DNA of 64,000 bases, from positions 229,276,001 through 229,340,000 of the forward strand of contig OZ024742.1 in assembly GCA_964016885.1 (NCBI GenBank), in the 5' to 3' direction. The DNA comes from Eledone cirrhosa (lineage: Eukaryota). The notes under the pieces were generated by a model. The model ran no database searches and was not told the DNA's origin. It saw nothing but the letters and a program-made list of their open reading frames with translations. Below, one piece after another: positions 38,026 to 51,956 of the stretch (position 1 is its first letter; the number at the start of each line of letters is the position of its first letter). A program made the translations under genes and the position numbers.

Positions 38026-38101
38026 AATGGTAGCTATGATGCTTCCATAGGCGGTATGCCAGTTGAGCACTCTGTGTTCTTACAGAGCAGAGTGTGATAT
38101 A

Positions 38102-38395
38102 ATATAAAACGAAATATCAGTGATGCATCTGGACTCAATTAATTGTGTGTTACAATTGTTTCGCCAGAAGACAACTTGAGACACGATCATTGTATGGATC
38201 TGTCTGATTCTAGAACTGCAGGTTCGGCGGACACTTGCAATAATTTCGGATAAAATTATTGCAAGTGTCCGCCGAATCTGCAGTTCTAGAATCAGACAGA
38301 TCCATACAATGATCGTGTCTCAAGCTGTCTTCCGGCGAAACAATTGTAACACACAATAAATTGAGTCCAGATGCATCACTGATATTTCGTTTTAT
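38102..38395. repeat. Fold-back element, ~140-bp arms
   Basis: Inverted repeat centred ~38248 with few mismatches. Confidence 0.92.
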
Positions 38396-38420
38396 ATATA
38401 TATATATATATATAAATATA

Positions 38421-38703
38421 TTCAGAGCGGTAGGGGAGCCTCCCAAAAGTCAGCTCAAAGCTGACACAGAGGAGACTGAGGTTAGCTGGACATGCTCACC
38501 GACATCCAGAGTTGACAGTGCACTCAGTGGTCCTGTGGGAGCCCCTACATGGACACACTGGCAGAGGAAGACCGAAGTTAACATATGTTGATGCCCTAAG
38601 GACAGACACTAGTCTGTTGGAGACGCCGGACATGGCATCGATAATGAGGGACAGAGACCGCTGGAGAGAACTGGTCCATGGATCTCGGGAATTTTAGCCG
38701 CCC
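38421..38703 (+). mobile_element. 5'-truncated RTE-clade 3' fragment
   Basis: Same family as 46294-46580; WEPLHGHTGRGRP..TYVDALR..RDRDRWRELV; in (TA)n. Confidence 0.88.
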
Positions 38704-39889
38704 TATATTTATATATATATATATATATTATTAAGAAGAGAGCGCCTTTATATTTACATGTTCTGACATGTTCTTTTCAGACAGTTTGAGTTTCGTGTTG
38801 CTTCTGTTCAATGTTGTTTACATTGCTGTCTAGTAGACATATGGTTAGTATTGCTATTTAGTAGGTATTTAGTGAGCGGGAGGTGTATTGTTGCTGGTAT
38901 TCTAATGATTGTAATTAGGTCAGTCTCCGGTAAATATATTTTAAAGATAACATTGCAACGAATACAAATCGTTTGTTAAAAAAAAACGGCGGATTATATG
39001 ATAAACCAACTTTAATTAATTGAATAATATATATATATACAAAAATATACATATATACAAAAATATACATATACGAATATAGATAAATATAACAGTCTCC
39101 ATTAATTACAATTTTTGATCAATGAATGAATTATCTGAATTATAAATCAATTAGTCAGAGCATTATAACATTAATAATGCGCAAAGGAAAGTAATTAAGA
39201 CAAAAAAATACCTCAAAATACTTAATGATTCTTACTGCAGTTTTGTCCTTAAAAGTAACCCGAATGTTCTAATAATTTAGCATATAGGCTTAGGCGAATA
39301 GTACTCCTCAAAGAATCTTATTATATCCGGAGAGATTTCAAATGACTAAACCGTCACGTGGTATATAGTTCACAAGAAGGGATGTAATAAATGGACTATT
39401 AGCAAGCAAACAGGGTCGCTAGAAATAGCAGTTCGTTTAAGCCTTTTTCACTCTATCGTGTCGAGTGAATTAATGGACAATTTACGTGCATCTATATGAA
39501 TATATGTATATGAATATATGCATTTGCAATTATTTGTTGGTTAGAGCCATTGTCAAAACAGGTTGAAACGACTTGGTTTCTCTTTTGTCCATTTTGTTGT
39601 TATTACTGGAGCCGTTGTTCTGCGGCATCAACATACTATCGCTCTAACCGAAGGCGGCGGCGATATAATGATAACGAGGACAAATACCAGAGAAAATACC
39701 CAAACCGACTGACCACTAAACAGCATTCAGACGAAATAATGAACCGCAAGCTGAGGTGTAATATATAATCTGTATATGAACTTTACTTGGAGCCTATAAA
39801 CTCAACCGATCAGAAAGCGGAGATATCTACTACTAGAATTTAGTTAGAAAAGAGATCCAATCTCATATGCTTGCTGGCATCACAACAAG

Positions 39890-40053
39890 ATGGTAATACA
39901 TGACCAGCGACATACCCACATGATTGCATAAATGTATCTAATAATTGTGTGAGTATCTGATGAAGTTATGTATGTGACTTCATCAGATGCTCACACAATC
40001 ATTAGGTACATTTATGCAATCATGTGGCTATGTCGCCGGTCATGTATTACCAT
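39890..40053. repeat. Fold-back element, ~78-bp arms
   Basis: atggtaatacatgacc...ctgatgaagt / acttcatcag...ggtcatgtattaccat. Confidence 0.9.
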
Positions 40054-40152
40054 ATATATATATATATAGTCATATAGAAATGACTTTTACATTATTATGG
40101 GAATTGTGTCATTCGTTTGAATTCACCTGGAATGTCCTGATGATAATAAGTT

Positions 40153-40462
40153 AATTGTTTCTACTTTTGGCACAAGGCCAGCAATTATCCCAGTACATTA
40201 CTGGTACTTTATTTTATCGACCCCGTAAGGATGAAAGGCAAAGTTGACCTCAGGGGAATTTGAACTCAGAATGGAAAGGGCCGTAACTCTATGCGTCAAA
40301 GCATGACGTCCGACCCTCTACCGATACTGCCAATCAATAAATTAATTGTTTCTACTTTAGGCACAAGGCCAGCAAATACCCAGTGCATTACTGGTACTTT
40401 ATTTTATCGACCCTGTAAGGATGAAAAGGCAAAGTCAACCTCGGCAGGATTTGAACTCAGAT
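40153..40462 (-). mobile_element. Two tandem SINE family 1 copies
   Basis: ~40153-40335 and 5'-truncated ~40343-40462. Confidence 0.88.
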
Positions 40463-40572
40463 CAATAAACCAATCAATAAATTAATGATCCAATTTTAGT
40501 CCTGAAGCCATTTATATATGAAATGTATACATCAATACCTATATCTTTATCTCTCCTCTCTCTCATCTCATC

Positions 40573-40615
<43 letters not shown>

Positions 40616-40676
40616 ATATATATGCGTGTGTGTGTGGGTGTGTGTACATATAAATGCACACACAGACATCCATCTC

Positions 40677-40794
<118 letters not shown>

Positions 40795-40799
40795 TATAT

Positions 40800-41040
40800 A
40801 TGTAAAGTTATATTTAAAATTGTTGGGTTACAACTAGTAAATATTTATAACTGATATAAAAGCACTCGACAAATATTTGGAGTATATTTACAATATTAAA
40901 TAAATGGAAAACTATATTTATAAAACCATATTTATTTCATTATATATATTTCGGGGATATCATATTAACAATATGCTATGCCTTCATCAGACAAAATACA
41001 ATATAAACAGTTTTATAGATAAATATATTCGACATACCGT
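40800..41040 (-). mobile_element. Solo Penelope family A 3' end
   Basis: Reverse homologue of 33765-33994, not folded back. Confidence 0.82.
40933..40998 (-). ncRNA. Minimal type I hammerhead ribozyme
   Basis: tattttgt-CUGAUGA-stem II-GAAA-tatatata-atgaaata; one stem I mismatch. Confidence 0.62.
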
Positions 41041-41362
41041 AATAAACATGGACTTCATTTGAAGAGGTTTACGCTAGCAGTGAAAATACAGAGATAAAGA
41101 AAGAGAGAAAGAAAAGAGGGAAAAAAGAAAGAAAGACAAAACGAAGAAAAGGAAGAAAAAGAAGAAAAAGAAGAAAAAGAAAAAGAAATGCATGGAACAA
41201 AATAGAGAGATGGAAAAATAGATAAAGCGAAGAGCTTCATGTAAAGAGACAGAAAGAGATATATATATATATAGAGAGAGGAAATAGAGATAGATACATA
41301 TATATAGAGAGAGAAAATTAGGTAGTGGGAGGTCATTTTGAGTAAGTGTATCAATGATACAT

Positions 41363-41405
<43 letters not shown>

Positions 41406-41762
41406 GCTCAAGTATTAACGTAAGGGAGATATATAGAGAGATATAGAGAGATATAGAGAGATATAGAGAGATATAGAGAGATATAGAGAGAGAAAAAAAA
41501 AATTAAAAAAAAATTTAAAAATAGCCAGACATATTCGAGGCGTAGAAAACCCTATGTTTTAATGTATTAGTATTTATAAAACTTACACTACATTGTAAAT
41601 ATCAGTATTCCTGAATGAAACAAGTATTCACAATGTGTGAAAATTCATTATCTTATGTTTAGTTTTAAAAAATTCATATGTTTATGTGACAGCTACAAAC
41701 ATCAATATGAATCCAACTATATAGTATATATATATATATATTTATATATGTATATATATTTA

Positions 41763-41820
<58 letters not shown>

Positions 41821-41875
41821 GGAATTGTAATTTGCTTGAGTGAAATACACACACAGACACACACACATAGACGTA

Positions 41876-41984
41876 TTTATAGGTGTGCCGCTACAAACGA
41901 ATGAAATACACACACACATGTATATATATACATATATATACATGTGTGTGTGTATTTCATTCGTTTGTCGCGGCACCTATAAAT
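41876..41984. repeat. Inverted repeat around a (CA)/(TA) core
   Basis: atttataggtg..gccgc.acaaacgaatgaaatacac / gtgtatttcattcgtttgt.gcggcacctataaat. Confidence 0.85.
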
Positions 41985-42742
41985 TCATTCTCGTATTCTT
42001 ATATTCTTTTTCAGGTATAACTAATTATACTGCGGCCATACTGTGGTACCACTCTGAAGTCGATCATATCGACATTTGTAATTTTATTTTTTTCCAACGC
42101 CATTGAGAGTTTTGACACAAGGGAAGCACGCCTGGGGATGAAACCCTCAGATGTGGAATGACTCAGAGAGCCAGTATCACTGGTGTTCTCCTCACCAACT
42201 CCTACGCCGTGTCTTCGGGAAACAGCTGAGATATACCATCCAGTCTTGCGCGTAAAATTTCCTGTTCAATTCCTCCATATCCCCTCCATTTTCTTCTTTT
42301 TCTCATTATGATATTCTAAAAGTATTTTGCAATTAAATAAAGTATCATCTATTTAATTTAGTACCTTCTCTTGGGAGCACGTTTCTTTGAAACTCTTATT
42401 TTACGCTTCAATAATCCTGAAAGTATGGACGGATGGTTTGAACGTATATGACAATAGTAATTTATATTGTTGGTCAGTCAATTTTAGAAAAATAATTATT
42501 TGCGTTACTTTAAATTTAATATGGCGTAGCATAGCTATGTAGTCAAGTAGCTTGCTTGGAACCATGTCCTTACCGGTTTCGATCGCACTGTTTGTCAGTA
42601 TATTTCTTTTTTATGTCAAACCTAAGTATAGACCAATACGGTGTATATCCAAATTAGTAGGATATGTATACACATGTATGTGCATATATGTAAAAAAGAT
42701 ATAAGCATATACATGTATGTAAAAACATAAACATAGAAATGT

Positions 42743-42776
42743 CTTAACGTTTCATACACTAGACTTTCATCAGAAG
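42743..42776 (-). ncRNA. Possible degenerate minimal hammerhead
   Basis: ctt-CUGAUGA-aagtctagtgtat-GAAACGUU-aag; stem II pairs poorly. Confidence 0.35.
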
Positions 42777-42889
42777 GTAGTGTTAAATAGAAGTTAAAAT
42801 AGAAAGATAAAGAGTGAGAAGAGTAGAAGGGAGGAAAATGAAAATCAACGGGAGAAAAACACACGTGCGTATTCAGTCAGCAATTTGGG

Positions 42890-42921
<32 letters not shown>

Positions 42922-43043
42922 TTATCCTCCGGGACGTTCGATTCCCGATGATCTCCAAAAGAAACGCCTGGTTTTATATCTATCTATCTATCTATCTATC
43001 TATCAATCTATCTATATATATATACATATGTATATGTATATAT

Positions 43044-43135
<92 letters not shown>

Positions 43136-43695
43136 AAGGAGTCTAAGTCAATATGGTAAAATTAACTACATTCAATAAACGAAGTTAATTTTAACCTTCT
43201 TGTTTTTAAAATACTGCGGAGTAAACAGACCCACTTGCGCACTTCGTTGAGTGTTCTACCCTGCACTAAAGAGAGGTACGCTGGCGCACAGAAGTGACTG
43301 GAAGAAGGAAATAAAGAATGGCAATGTACAAGACAAGTTTACAGCCACACGCATCTTCACCCTCATCAGCTCTCAAACCAGCAAAATGGTTTCGCACGAT
43401 TGTTTTCAGAATGCTGGACCGTGCAACAACAAAAAATAAAATCTTTCTACTGACATGATGTGTACGTGATATGTGTATTGTGTATATGGGTGCGCGCACG
43501 CACGACTGTGTGCGTGTGTGTGTGTGCAAGGAAGTTATATTACATTTCTACAATACGTGTATATTTTCATGAGTATACACCTCTATATTGAAATAATAAA
43601 TTCATGTAAACTCTACGAGCTCAAGAACTGTGTTCAGTGTTTAAGTTAAAGTTAAAAATGTATTATAAGTTTACAACATATAATAACAATACACT

Positions 43696-43730
<35 letters not shown>

Positions 43731-43845
43731 ACGCGCGCGCGCACACCCACACACCCACACACACAGAAACACACGTACTCATATAAGGAGATTGAGACAT
43801 AAACACGCAGAAATGGACATATTTATATATACATATATATATATA

Positions 43846-43880
<35 letters not shown>

Positions 43881-43893
43881 CTCTATACCTCTC

Positions 43894-43946
<53 letters not shown>

Positions 43947-44083
43947 CATATATGTATATAAATATTTATATACGAATATATATATATATATACATATATA
44001 TACATATATATATATATATACATATATATATATGTGTGTGTGTGTATATATATACATATATATACATATTCCTACATATATAG

Positions 44084-44149
<66 letters not shown>

Positions 44150-44419
44150 TCAAATCCAATATGTGTACAACTAAACTAAATGCAGACATTTTCATCTTAC
44201 GGCTAACAAAGAAACTTGATGAAAGAGTAGGAAGAAAAATTCTGCATATAAAAACTCCATCCATTTCCTGGAGATATCTAGGTGTAAGAAAACAACAAAA
44301 GAGAACAGAGTAAAGAGTAAAACAAAATAAAAATGACACAAACATTATAATGAATAAAAGAAAAATGTAAGCAAACAAAGCAACGATAATGATGATGTCA
44401 ATGATGATGGTGTTGTTTT

Positions 44420-44731
44420 CATTAAGAGAGAGAGAGAGAGAGAGAGATAGAGAGAGAGGGAGAGAGAGAGGGGGAGAAATATATAGAGAGAGATAGGGGA
44501 GAGAGAGGGGAGAGAGAGAGGGAGAAGAGAGAGGGAGAGAGCGGGGGGAGAGTTAGAGAGAGAGAAAGAGAGAGAAAGAAAGACAGATAGAGAGTGAAAG
44601 AGCAAGAGAAAGAGGAGAGAGAGAAAAAGAGATAGAGAGTGAGAGAGTGAGAGGGAGAGAGAGAAATAGAGATAGAGAGAGAGAATGTAATAGAAAGAGG
44701 GAGATAGAGATAGAGAGAGAGGGAGAGAGAG

Positions 44732-44772
<41 letters not shown>

Positions 44773-45471
44773 GAGAGGGAGAGAGTGTGAGAGAGAAAGA
44801 GCGTGAGAGAGAGAGAGAGAGAAAGGTAGGTATGGACGTCGTAGTTGAGAGTACAGGGAGAAAAAGAGGATGGAGATGAAGAAGTGGACAATGATGGCTA
44901 AAATAGTGATGGTAATAATGTTGGTGATGGTGATGATGATGGTTATGGTGATTATAGTGATAATAACCATGGTGGTGTTGGTGGTGGTGGTGGTGTTGGT
45001 GGTGGTGGTGGTGTTGGTGGTGATGGTGGTGGTAGTGGTAGTGGTGGTGTTGGTGGTGGTGGTGGTGGTGTTGGTGGTGGTGTTGGTGTTGGTGGTGGTG
45101 GTGGTGGTGATGGTGGTGGTAGTCGTAGTGGTGGTGGTGGTGTTGGTGTTGGTGGTGGTGGTGGTGGTGGTAGTGGTGGTGGTGTTTGTCGTGGTGGTAG
45201 TGGTGGTGGTGGTGCTGTTGGTGGTGTTGATGATGGTGGTGGTGGTGGTGGTGTTTCTGGTGGTGGTGGTGGTAGTGGTGGTGGTGGTGTTTCTGGTGTT
45301 GGTGGTGGTAGTGGTGGTGGTGGTGGTGGTGTTGGGGTGGTGGTGTTTGTGGTGGTGGTAGTGGTGGTGGTGGTGCTGTTGGTGGTGTTGCTGTTGGTGG
45401 TGGTGGTGGTAGCGGTGGTAGCGGTGGTGGTGTTGGTGGTAGTGTTTTGGTGGTAGTGATGGTGCTCGTAG

Positions 45472-45502
<31 letters not shown>

Positions 45503-45594
45503 GGTGGTAGTGTTTCTGGTGTTGGTGTTGGTGTTGGTGGTGGAAGTGTTGGTGGTGGTGGTGGTGGTGGTAGTGGGAGTGATGGTGCTCGTAG

Positions 45595-45649
<55 letters not shown>

Positions 45650-45840
45650 AGTAGTGGTGGTGGTGTTGGTGGTGGTGGTGGTAGTGGTAGTGGTGGTGGT
45701 GTTGGTGGTGGTAGTGTTGGTGGTGGTGGTGGTGGTGGTGGTGGTGATGGTGGTGGTGGTGGTGGTGATGGTGGTGGTGGTGGTGGTGATGGTGGTGGTG
45801 GTGGTGGTGATGGTGGTGGTGATAGAGATGGTGATTATGT
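44420..45840. repeat. (GA)n-rich then (GGT/GTT)n-rich low-complexity tract
   Basis: Directly visible; source of the poly-His/Thr/Val ORFs. Confidence 0.95.
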
Positions 45841-46211
45841 AGATTGTGATGGCGATGGATCCTCCTTCAATGTCAATGATGAGCATTTATTTAGACAATC
45901 AACTGAATGTCCACATCATCACGATAAATAAATACAGCAAGGATGATGAGATCACGATGCTGATGATGATGATGATGATGATGATGACATTGTTGTCATT
46001 AAGCGAGGGAGAGAGAGGGAGGGAGAGAGAGAGAGAGAGAGAGAGAGACGGAGAGAGAGAGGTGCAGTGAGAGAAGAGGGAAGAGAGATGGAGAAAGCGA
46101 GTGAGGGAGAAGAAGCGAGAGAGAGAAAAAGATTGAGGTACAGGAAGAGGTAGGGGTGGAGTGGATACATAGATAGGTATATATATGTATATATGTGTGT
46201 GTGGGGGGGGG

Positions 46212-46261
<50 letters not shown>

Positions 46262-46284
46262 ATGTATATATACATATTTATGTA

Positions 46285-47722
46285 TTCTGGGACAGGTAAA
46301 ATTCCCGAGATCCATGGACGAGTTCTCTCCAGCGGTCTCTGTCCCTCATTATCGCTGCCATGTCCTTCCTTCGTCTCCAACAGACCAGTGTCTGTCCTTA
46401 GGGCATCAACATACGTTGACCCTGGTCTTCCTCTTCCAGTGTGTCCATGTAGGGGCTCCCACAGGAGCACTGAGTGCAACGTCAACTCTGGATGCCGGTG
46501 AGCATGTCCAGCTAACCTCAGTCTCCTCTGTGTCACTTTTACGCTGACTTTTGGGAGGCTCCCATACAGCTCTGAGTTTTTCATCCTCAGTGTATAATGA
46601 TTAATGTTCAGAGCCATCCTCAGCATTCTCGTGTAGCACCCGTCCACCATCTGATTGAGTTTCTTGGTCAGTGTCCAAGTCTCAGACCCGTACAGCAGCA
46701 CAGACTCCACTACAGCAATGAAGAGGCGGATCTTCAGATGCTCACGAAGGTCCGACTTCTACACCGATCTCAAGCTGTGGCACGCCGCCCAGACCTTGCT
46801 CTCCCTCTCAACCACATCATCTTCCGTATTCCCAATTTTGGCTCCCAAATACAGGAAGTCCTCAACGAATTCTAGCGGCTTCCCGCCTACATTAGTGATC
46901 CCCTCTGGCTTCTCAACATTCTCTACCAGATATTTTGTTTTAGTCTCATTCATTCTCAGCCTCACACTCATCGACACAGTCTCAAGCTCCTGCATCAAAT
47001 CCTCTGCCTACTTCACTGTATTTGTCACCAAAACTATGTCGTCGGCAAATTCAGCATCCGATATCTGTTTCGCCTTAACTCTACTGCTCTGAGCCGGTGT
47101 TACAGTAAAGCCAGAGTCCTGGTGTTTCTCCAGTGCAAGGCGCATGCAATTGTCCACTACGACGATAAAAAGGTAGCGAGCCAATGTATCTCCCGGGAGC
47201 ACTCCAGCCAGTATCTCAAAGAACTCTGTTATCCCATTAGGTGTAATGACTTGGGCTTTGGTGTTGGTGTAGAGCAGTGATATCAGGTCCACTATCTTCT
47301 TGGGGATTCCATAAGCCTGTAAGCTTGTGACGGTCCACAGAATCAAAGGCCTTCCTAAAGTCAATGAAAACCATGACCGCATGAAGGCACTTTGCTCTAG
47401 CACCCTCTAATATCCTCCTCAACATCAGGATGTGACTGGTGGTTGATCTTCCCTCTCTGAAGCCGTTCTGGTTGTCACTGAGCTTCTTTTCCATCTCAGG
47501 CTGGATCCTGTTAAGAATCATCCTGTTGAGGGTCTTTGCCACAACTGACGCCAGGGAGACCCCCTGTAGTTGTTGGTGTTAGATAGATCTCCCTTCTTTG
47601 GCACTGAGGCCAAGGATCATGGAGAAGATGAATAGGTGTGATTTTGATGATATCATCCTGGGGTTCTGTAACCAGGCACTGGAGAAAGAAGTTGCCCCGA
47701 ATCAGTGGAGGATCAGTAACAT
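46285..47722 (-). mobile_element. 5'-truncated RTE-clade retrotransposon with 5' inversion
   Basis: PKKGDLSNTNNYRG, QNGFREGRST, FIDFRKAFDSV, GVLPGDTLA, FADD, FLYLG, LLYGSETW; ~47606-47722 is upstream RT sequence on the opposite strand. Confidence 0.9.
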
Positions 47723-47773
47723 ATTTATGTATGTATATGTATATATATATATGATGTATATATACATATTTAC

Positions 47774-47861
<88 letters not shown>

Positions 47862-47994
47862 AGAAGAGATATTTAATTTGTTGGAAATCCAACAAATATA
47901 GATGTTTACAACTGATTCAGAGCACTCGATAGATTTCTGGAGTAAGTATTCCATGATATTAAAAAAATGGAAACTATATTTATAAAACCATATT

Positions 47995-48056
47995 TATTCT
48001 ATTATAAATATTTCATGGGTACCAACAAATTTGCTACGCTATCATCAGATAAAATA
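47995..48056 (-). ncRNA. Hammerhead ribozyme in the left inverted terminus
   Basis: Reverse copy of 51777-51838; CUGAUGA and GAAA intact. Confidence 0.65.
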
Positions 48057-48170
48057 CAAAATGTTTCATATATATTTGACATGACCAAGGATAATATACC
48101 TTAACGGTTCAAGTTATCCCTGGGAAGTGAAGGAAAGAGAGAAGAAATGTCATATATTTAAAATTATTAA

Positions 48171-50434
48171 TATGCATGATAAATAATAGAATTCTTTAGG
48201 ATTTCTTCATCTCTAAAAGATGTACCTTTACCTAAGAATAATGAGTATCTAAAACAACTCATTGAGAAATCTGACTCCTTTATACGACGACTTAGATGGG
48301 GTGCCTTCCATTTCGATAGAAAATCGGAAAAAATAAATAAATTCCAGTTACAACCTCGATATGATCTTCAAATCTAAGAAGAATCCACCTAGCAACAAAC
48401 TATTAATGGAATTTGAAAAGGAAGTAATATCGATTATACAAAACATCAAATTCAAGAAAAACCAATTGTAGGTTAGGAATACCTTAAAGGCCTCAAAAAT
48501 AATATAGACAATCTTGAAAAAACTGAGAAGATCCTAATTAAATCTGATAAAACTAACAATCTATACGGAATGCAAAGGGACGAATACAATAATCTTATAT
48601 TGAAGGAACTCAGAAAAAATTACAGAATAACAACTAATGAAGATCTTGCAACATTAAATAGAGAAGCTTCCCATATAATTCATAAATTTGGCATCCAAAA
48701 TAGGACTGAACCCTTTATACCCAGAAGACCGAAAATTAACCTGAAAGACCACAAAAGAAACTTTGAAATAGAACTACCAGTCTGACTTATAGCACCATCT
48801 AAATCAGACTTAGGCATAATTAGTAAACATATATTAAATAGAATCATACCACAACTTAAAGAAAAATCACACCTAAAACTATGGAACGGTACTAATGAGG
48901 TTATAGATTGGTTCAATAACATACAATTTAAACAACAAAAAATTCATTCAAATGGATATTGAAAATTACTACTCCTCTATTACTCCTAGTTTACTTAATA
49001 GGGCTCTTATCTATGCATCTAAACATACAGATTTATCTAGTGAAGAAATGTATATCATTTTAACTGCACGGAAAACTTTAATTGAATTCAACAATCATCT
49101 CTGGACAAGAGCCGATAGGAAAAAGAATTTTGATATCACCATGGGATCATCCGACTCGGCACAAATAACGGATCTTGTGGGCTTATTTATTAATAATACA
49201 CTGCATAGAAAAATTCCAGAGATGACCGGTGGTTTATATCGTGATGAAATGCTACTTTTAATTGTAAACCATAGTAATTGTGAAATTAATAGGAAAAGAA
49301 AATCCATAATACAATTCTTCAATAATTATAACATTAAGTTAGAAATAGAGAATAACTATAAAATCTTTAACTTTTTAGACGTAACATTAAACCTTAGCAC
49401 AGGGCTCTACTATCCATTCCGTAAAATCAATTAGAATCTAAATTACGTAAGTTTTAACTCTAATCTTCCTAGATCTATCAAGAACACTATCGACAATAGC
49501 GTCCAGCAACGAATTTCACGCATCTCTGATAATAAAAATATTTTTGAGGATAAGGCTGAATATTATAATGAAGCTTTAAATAGAGCAGGGTATACGAATA
49601 AAATTAAATACATTGACAACAATAATAAGGCAAATCACCCTACTATTAATTATAATAAGAATAAACAATTTAACTTAAACTCTAAAACAAACAAAAGAAC
49701 TAGAACTAGAAATATTATTTGGTAGTCACCCCGATTCTCATTAAGCGTTAAAACACCTTTAGCAAAGCTATTCTTTAAAGCACTGGACAAATGTTTTCCC
49801 CAAACCCACAGATACCACTCAATATTTAACAGACATTCTATAAAACTATCCTACTCTACTACTATGAACATAGCACAAAATATAAATAGAATTAATAATA
49901 GAAACTTAAATTTAAACCCTAACCAAAATAACCATAATAGTAATAATAATATTTCTAGCAATATCCAGTATAATAGTACCGTTCTGAGCAACAACAACTC
50001 CGTAAAATGTAACTGTAGAATCAAATGAAACTGCCCTTTACAAAATAACTGTTTAGATAAAAACATAGTTTATATATGTACAGTTAAAACTAGTGATAAT
50101 ATATTCAACTGTCGGTGCAACTTCTACAGAATTTAAACTTCGCTGGAATAACCACAATTGTTCTTTTAGAAGATCTGACAAAAAATATTCTACTCCCCTC
50201 TCACATCTTATATGGAACTTAAAAAGCATGAATATAGACTATTCATTATCTTGGAAAACGATTTCGAAAGCACCTGCTTACCGAAACACGACCTTATCAA
50301 GATTCTGTAAATTACGTATTGAAGACATTTTTTATATAATTAATTGTAAAAACTCTATTAACCTTAGAACAGAAATATTTAATTGTTGCAGACATCGCCA
50401 AAATTCTACATTCAGAACTATATGTAACTTATAA
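48171..50434 (+). pseudogene. Penelope-type RT + GIY-YIG endonuclease, disrupted
   Basis: SLKDVPLP..FIRRLRW, KSDKT, DIENYYSSI, MGSSDSAQITDLVG, GLYRDE, NFLDVTL, CNC..C..CL..IVY..VGAT..FK.RW.NH. Confidence 0.9.
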
Positions 50435-51776
50435 TATACTTATAATATTCCTATTAATCTCCAAAATGATCTTATCTGCTCTAACATTTTATATGTTTAA
50501 TACTTTTAATATATTAATATCTCTAAATCATAATATCTTAAAAATTTCTTATAATATCTTTATAATTTCTTATAGGTGTGTATATATAGATATTTATATA
50601 TATGTATGCACTTCTGCATTATGTGCTTCTATATAATTATAATTTTAATTTTAATTTTAATTCTTTTAAATTCTTAAATTCTTTTTTCTTAATTTTTTAT
50701 TTTTCTAATGACACCCTCTAAAGCTTTATTTTCCTAATGATACCCTCTAAAGCTAATTTTTAAATGTAGATTAATAACCATTAACTGTTTTTAGTAAAAT
50801 GTATCCTATTCAGGATGATGTTTAAATATTCATATTTCTTTAGAATAAATAATTAACCCCACACTAGCGATTAACAAAAAAATTGGAGTTATCTTTCCTT
50901 CTTTCAAACATAAAAACTTTTTATACATAACTCCGTTAATTTAACCTTATAAATTGTAACTACCTATGTATTTACATAAAATCAACATCCCTAGTAACAA
51001 ACATTAGGAACAAACACCTATTTATTTTTATTTATTTATTTATAAATGAACATCTCTCGTAACTCATATTATAAACAAACTATCCTTTAAAAAAAAAAAC
51101 AACACATATGCTATTATTAACATATATATATAGATATTTATATATTATTATAATAAGATAAATAATTCTCCATATAAATATAGACAATTGTCTGAATATA
51201 TTTTCCCTAAATTAAAGTTCAGGTGATCTTCCTTTCCTTCTTCTTCAACAATTTTAGTTTGATAATTTATCTAGCTTCGTTAAATTAACAATATTCTGAA
51301 AACATTCTCTGTAAATTTTTGAATCCACAAATTATTCCAGTCTCATAACTTGAAAATAAAATTTTCAACATCCTTCGTAACTCATATTTGTTTATATAAA
51401 CAATCAATGCATACGCAACTTATTAATATATATAGAGATATTTATATACATATAACCTATCCTAATGTAATAAGATAAAAATACATACAACCATAATTCT
51501 TCATATAATTTGATAACTCATAATATACGCAACAAAAATCTTTCCCCCCAAATTAACGTTATTATTTTCTCTTTCTATTCCTTCCTTGTCATATATATTT
51601 AAATTTTCAATAGCGTCTAAAATAACGTTTTTTCAGCCCTTTAATATACACATCATTTGCATACTCATATTTTAAATATCTGACTTTTCTTCTCTCTTCC
51701 CTTCACTTTCCAGGGATAACTTGAACCGTTAAGGTATATTATCCTTGGTCATGTCAAATATTTATGAAACATTTTG

Positions 51777-51838
51777 TATTTTATCTGATGATAGCGTACC
51801 AACATTTTTGGTACCCTTGAAATATATATAATAGAATA
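51777..51838 (+). ncRNA. Minimal type I hammerhead in Penelope 3' region
   Basis: Stem I tattttat/atagaata (8 bp), CUGAUGA, stem II gtaccaa/ttggtac, GAAA, palindromic tatatata stem III. Confidence 0.72.
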
Positions 51839-51956
51839 AATATGGTTTTATAAATATAGTTTCCATTTATTTAATATCATTGTATATATATATATATACT
51901 TCTCGATACTTTCATATATATATATATATATAATTATATATATATATATATATATA

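Larger units (their letters stand above)
47862..51880 (+). mobile_element. Penelope-like element family A with ~210-bp inverted termini
   Basis: RT plus GIY-YIG pseudogene; arms ~47953-48165 and ~51668-51880; extra ~90-nt tail on the left arm. Confidence 0.9.

Noticed and set aside
43220-43440. Possible host exon in a GC-richer unique island (also 39560-39770)
   Set aside because: No recognisable protein motif or convincing splice-site pair.
44345-45886. 513-aa His/Thr/Pro-rich ORF
   Set aside because: Made entirely of (ACC)n and (TC)n repeats.
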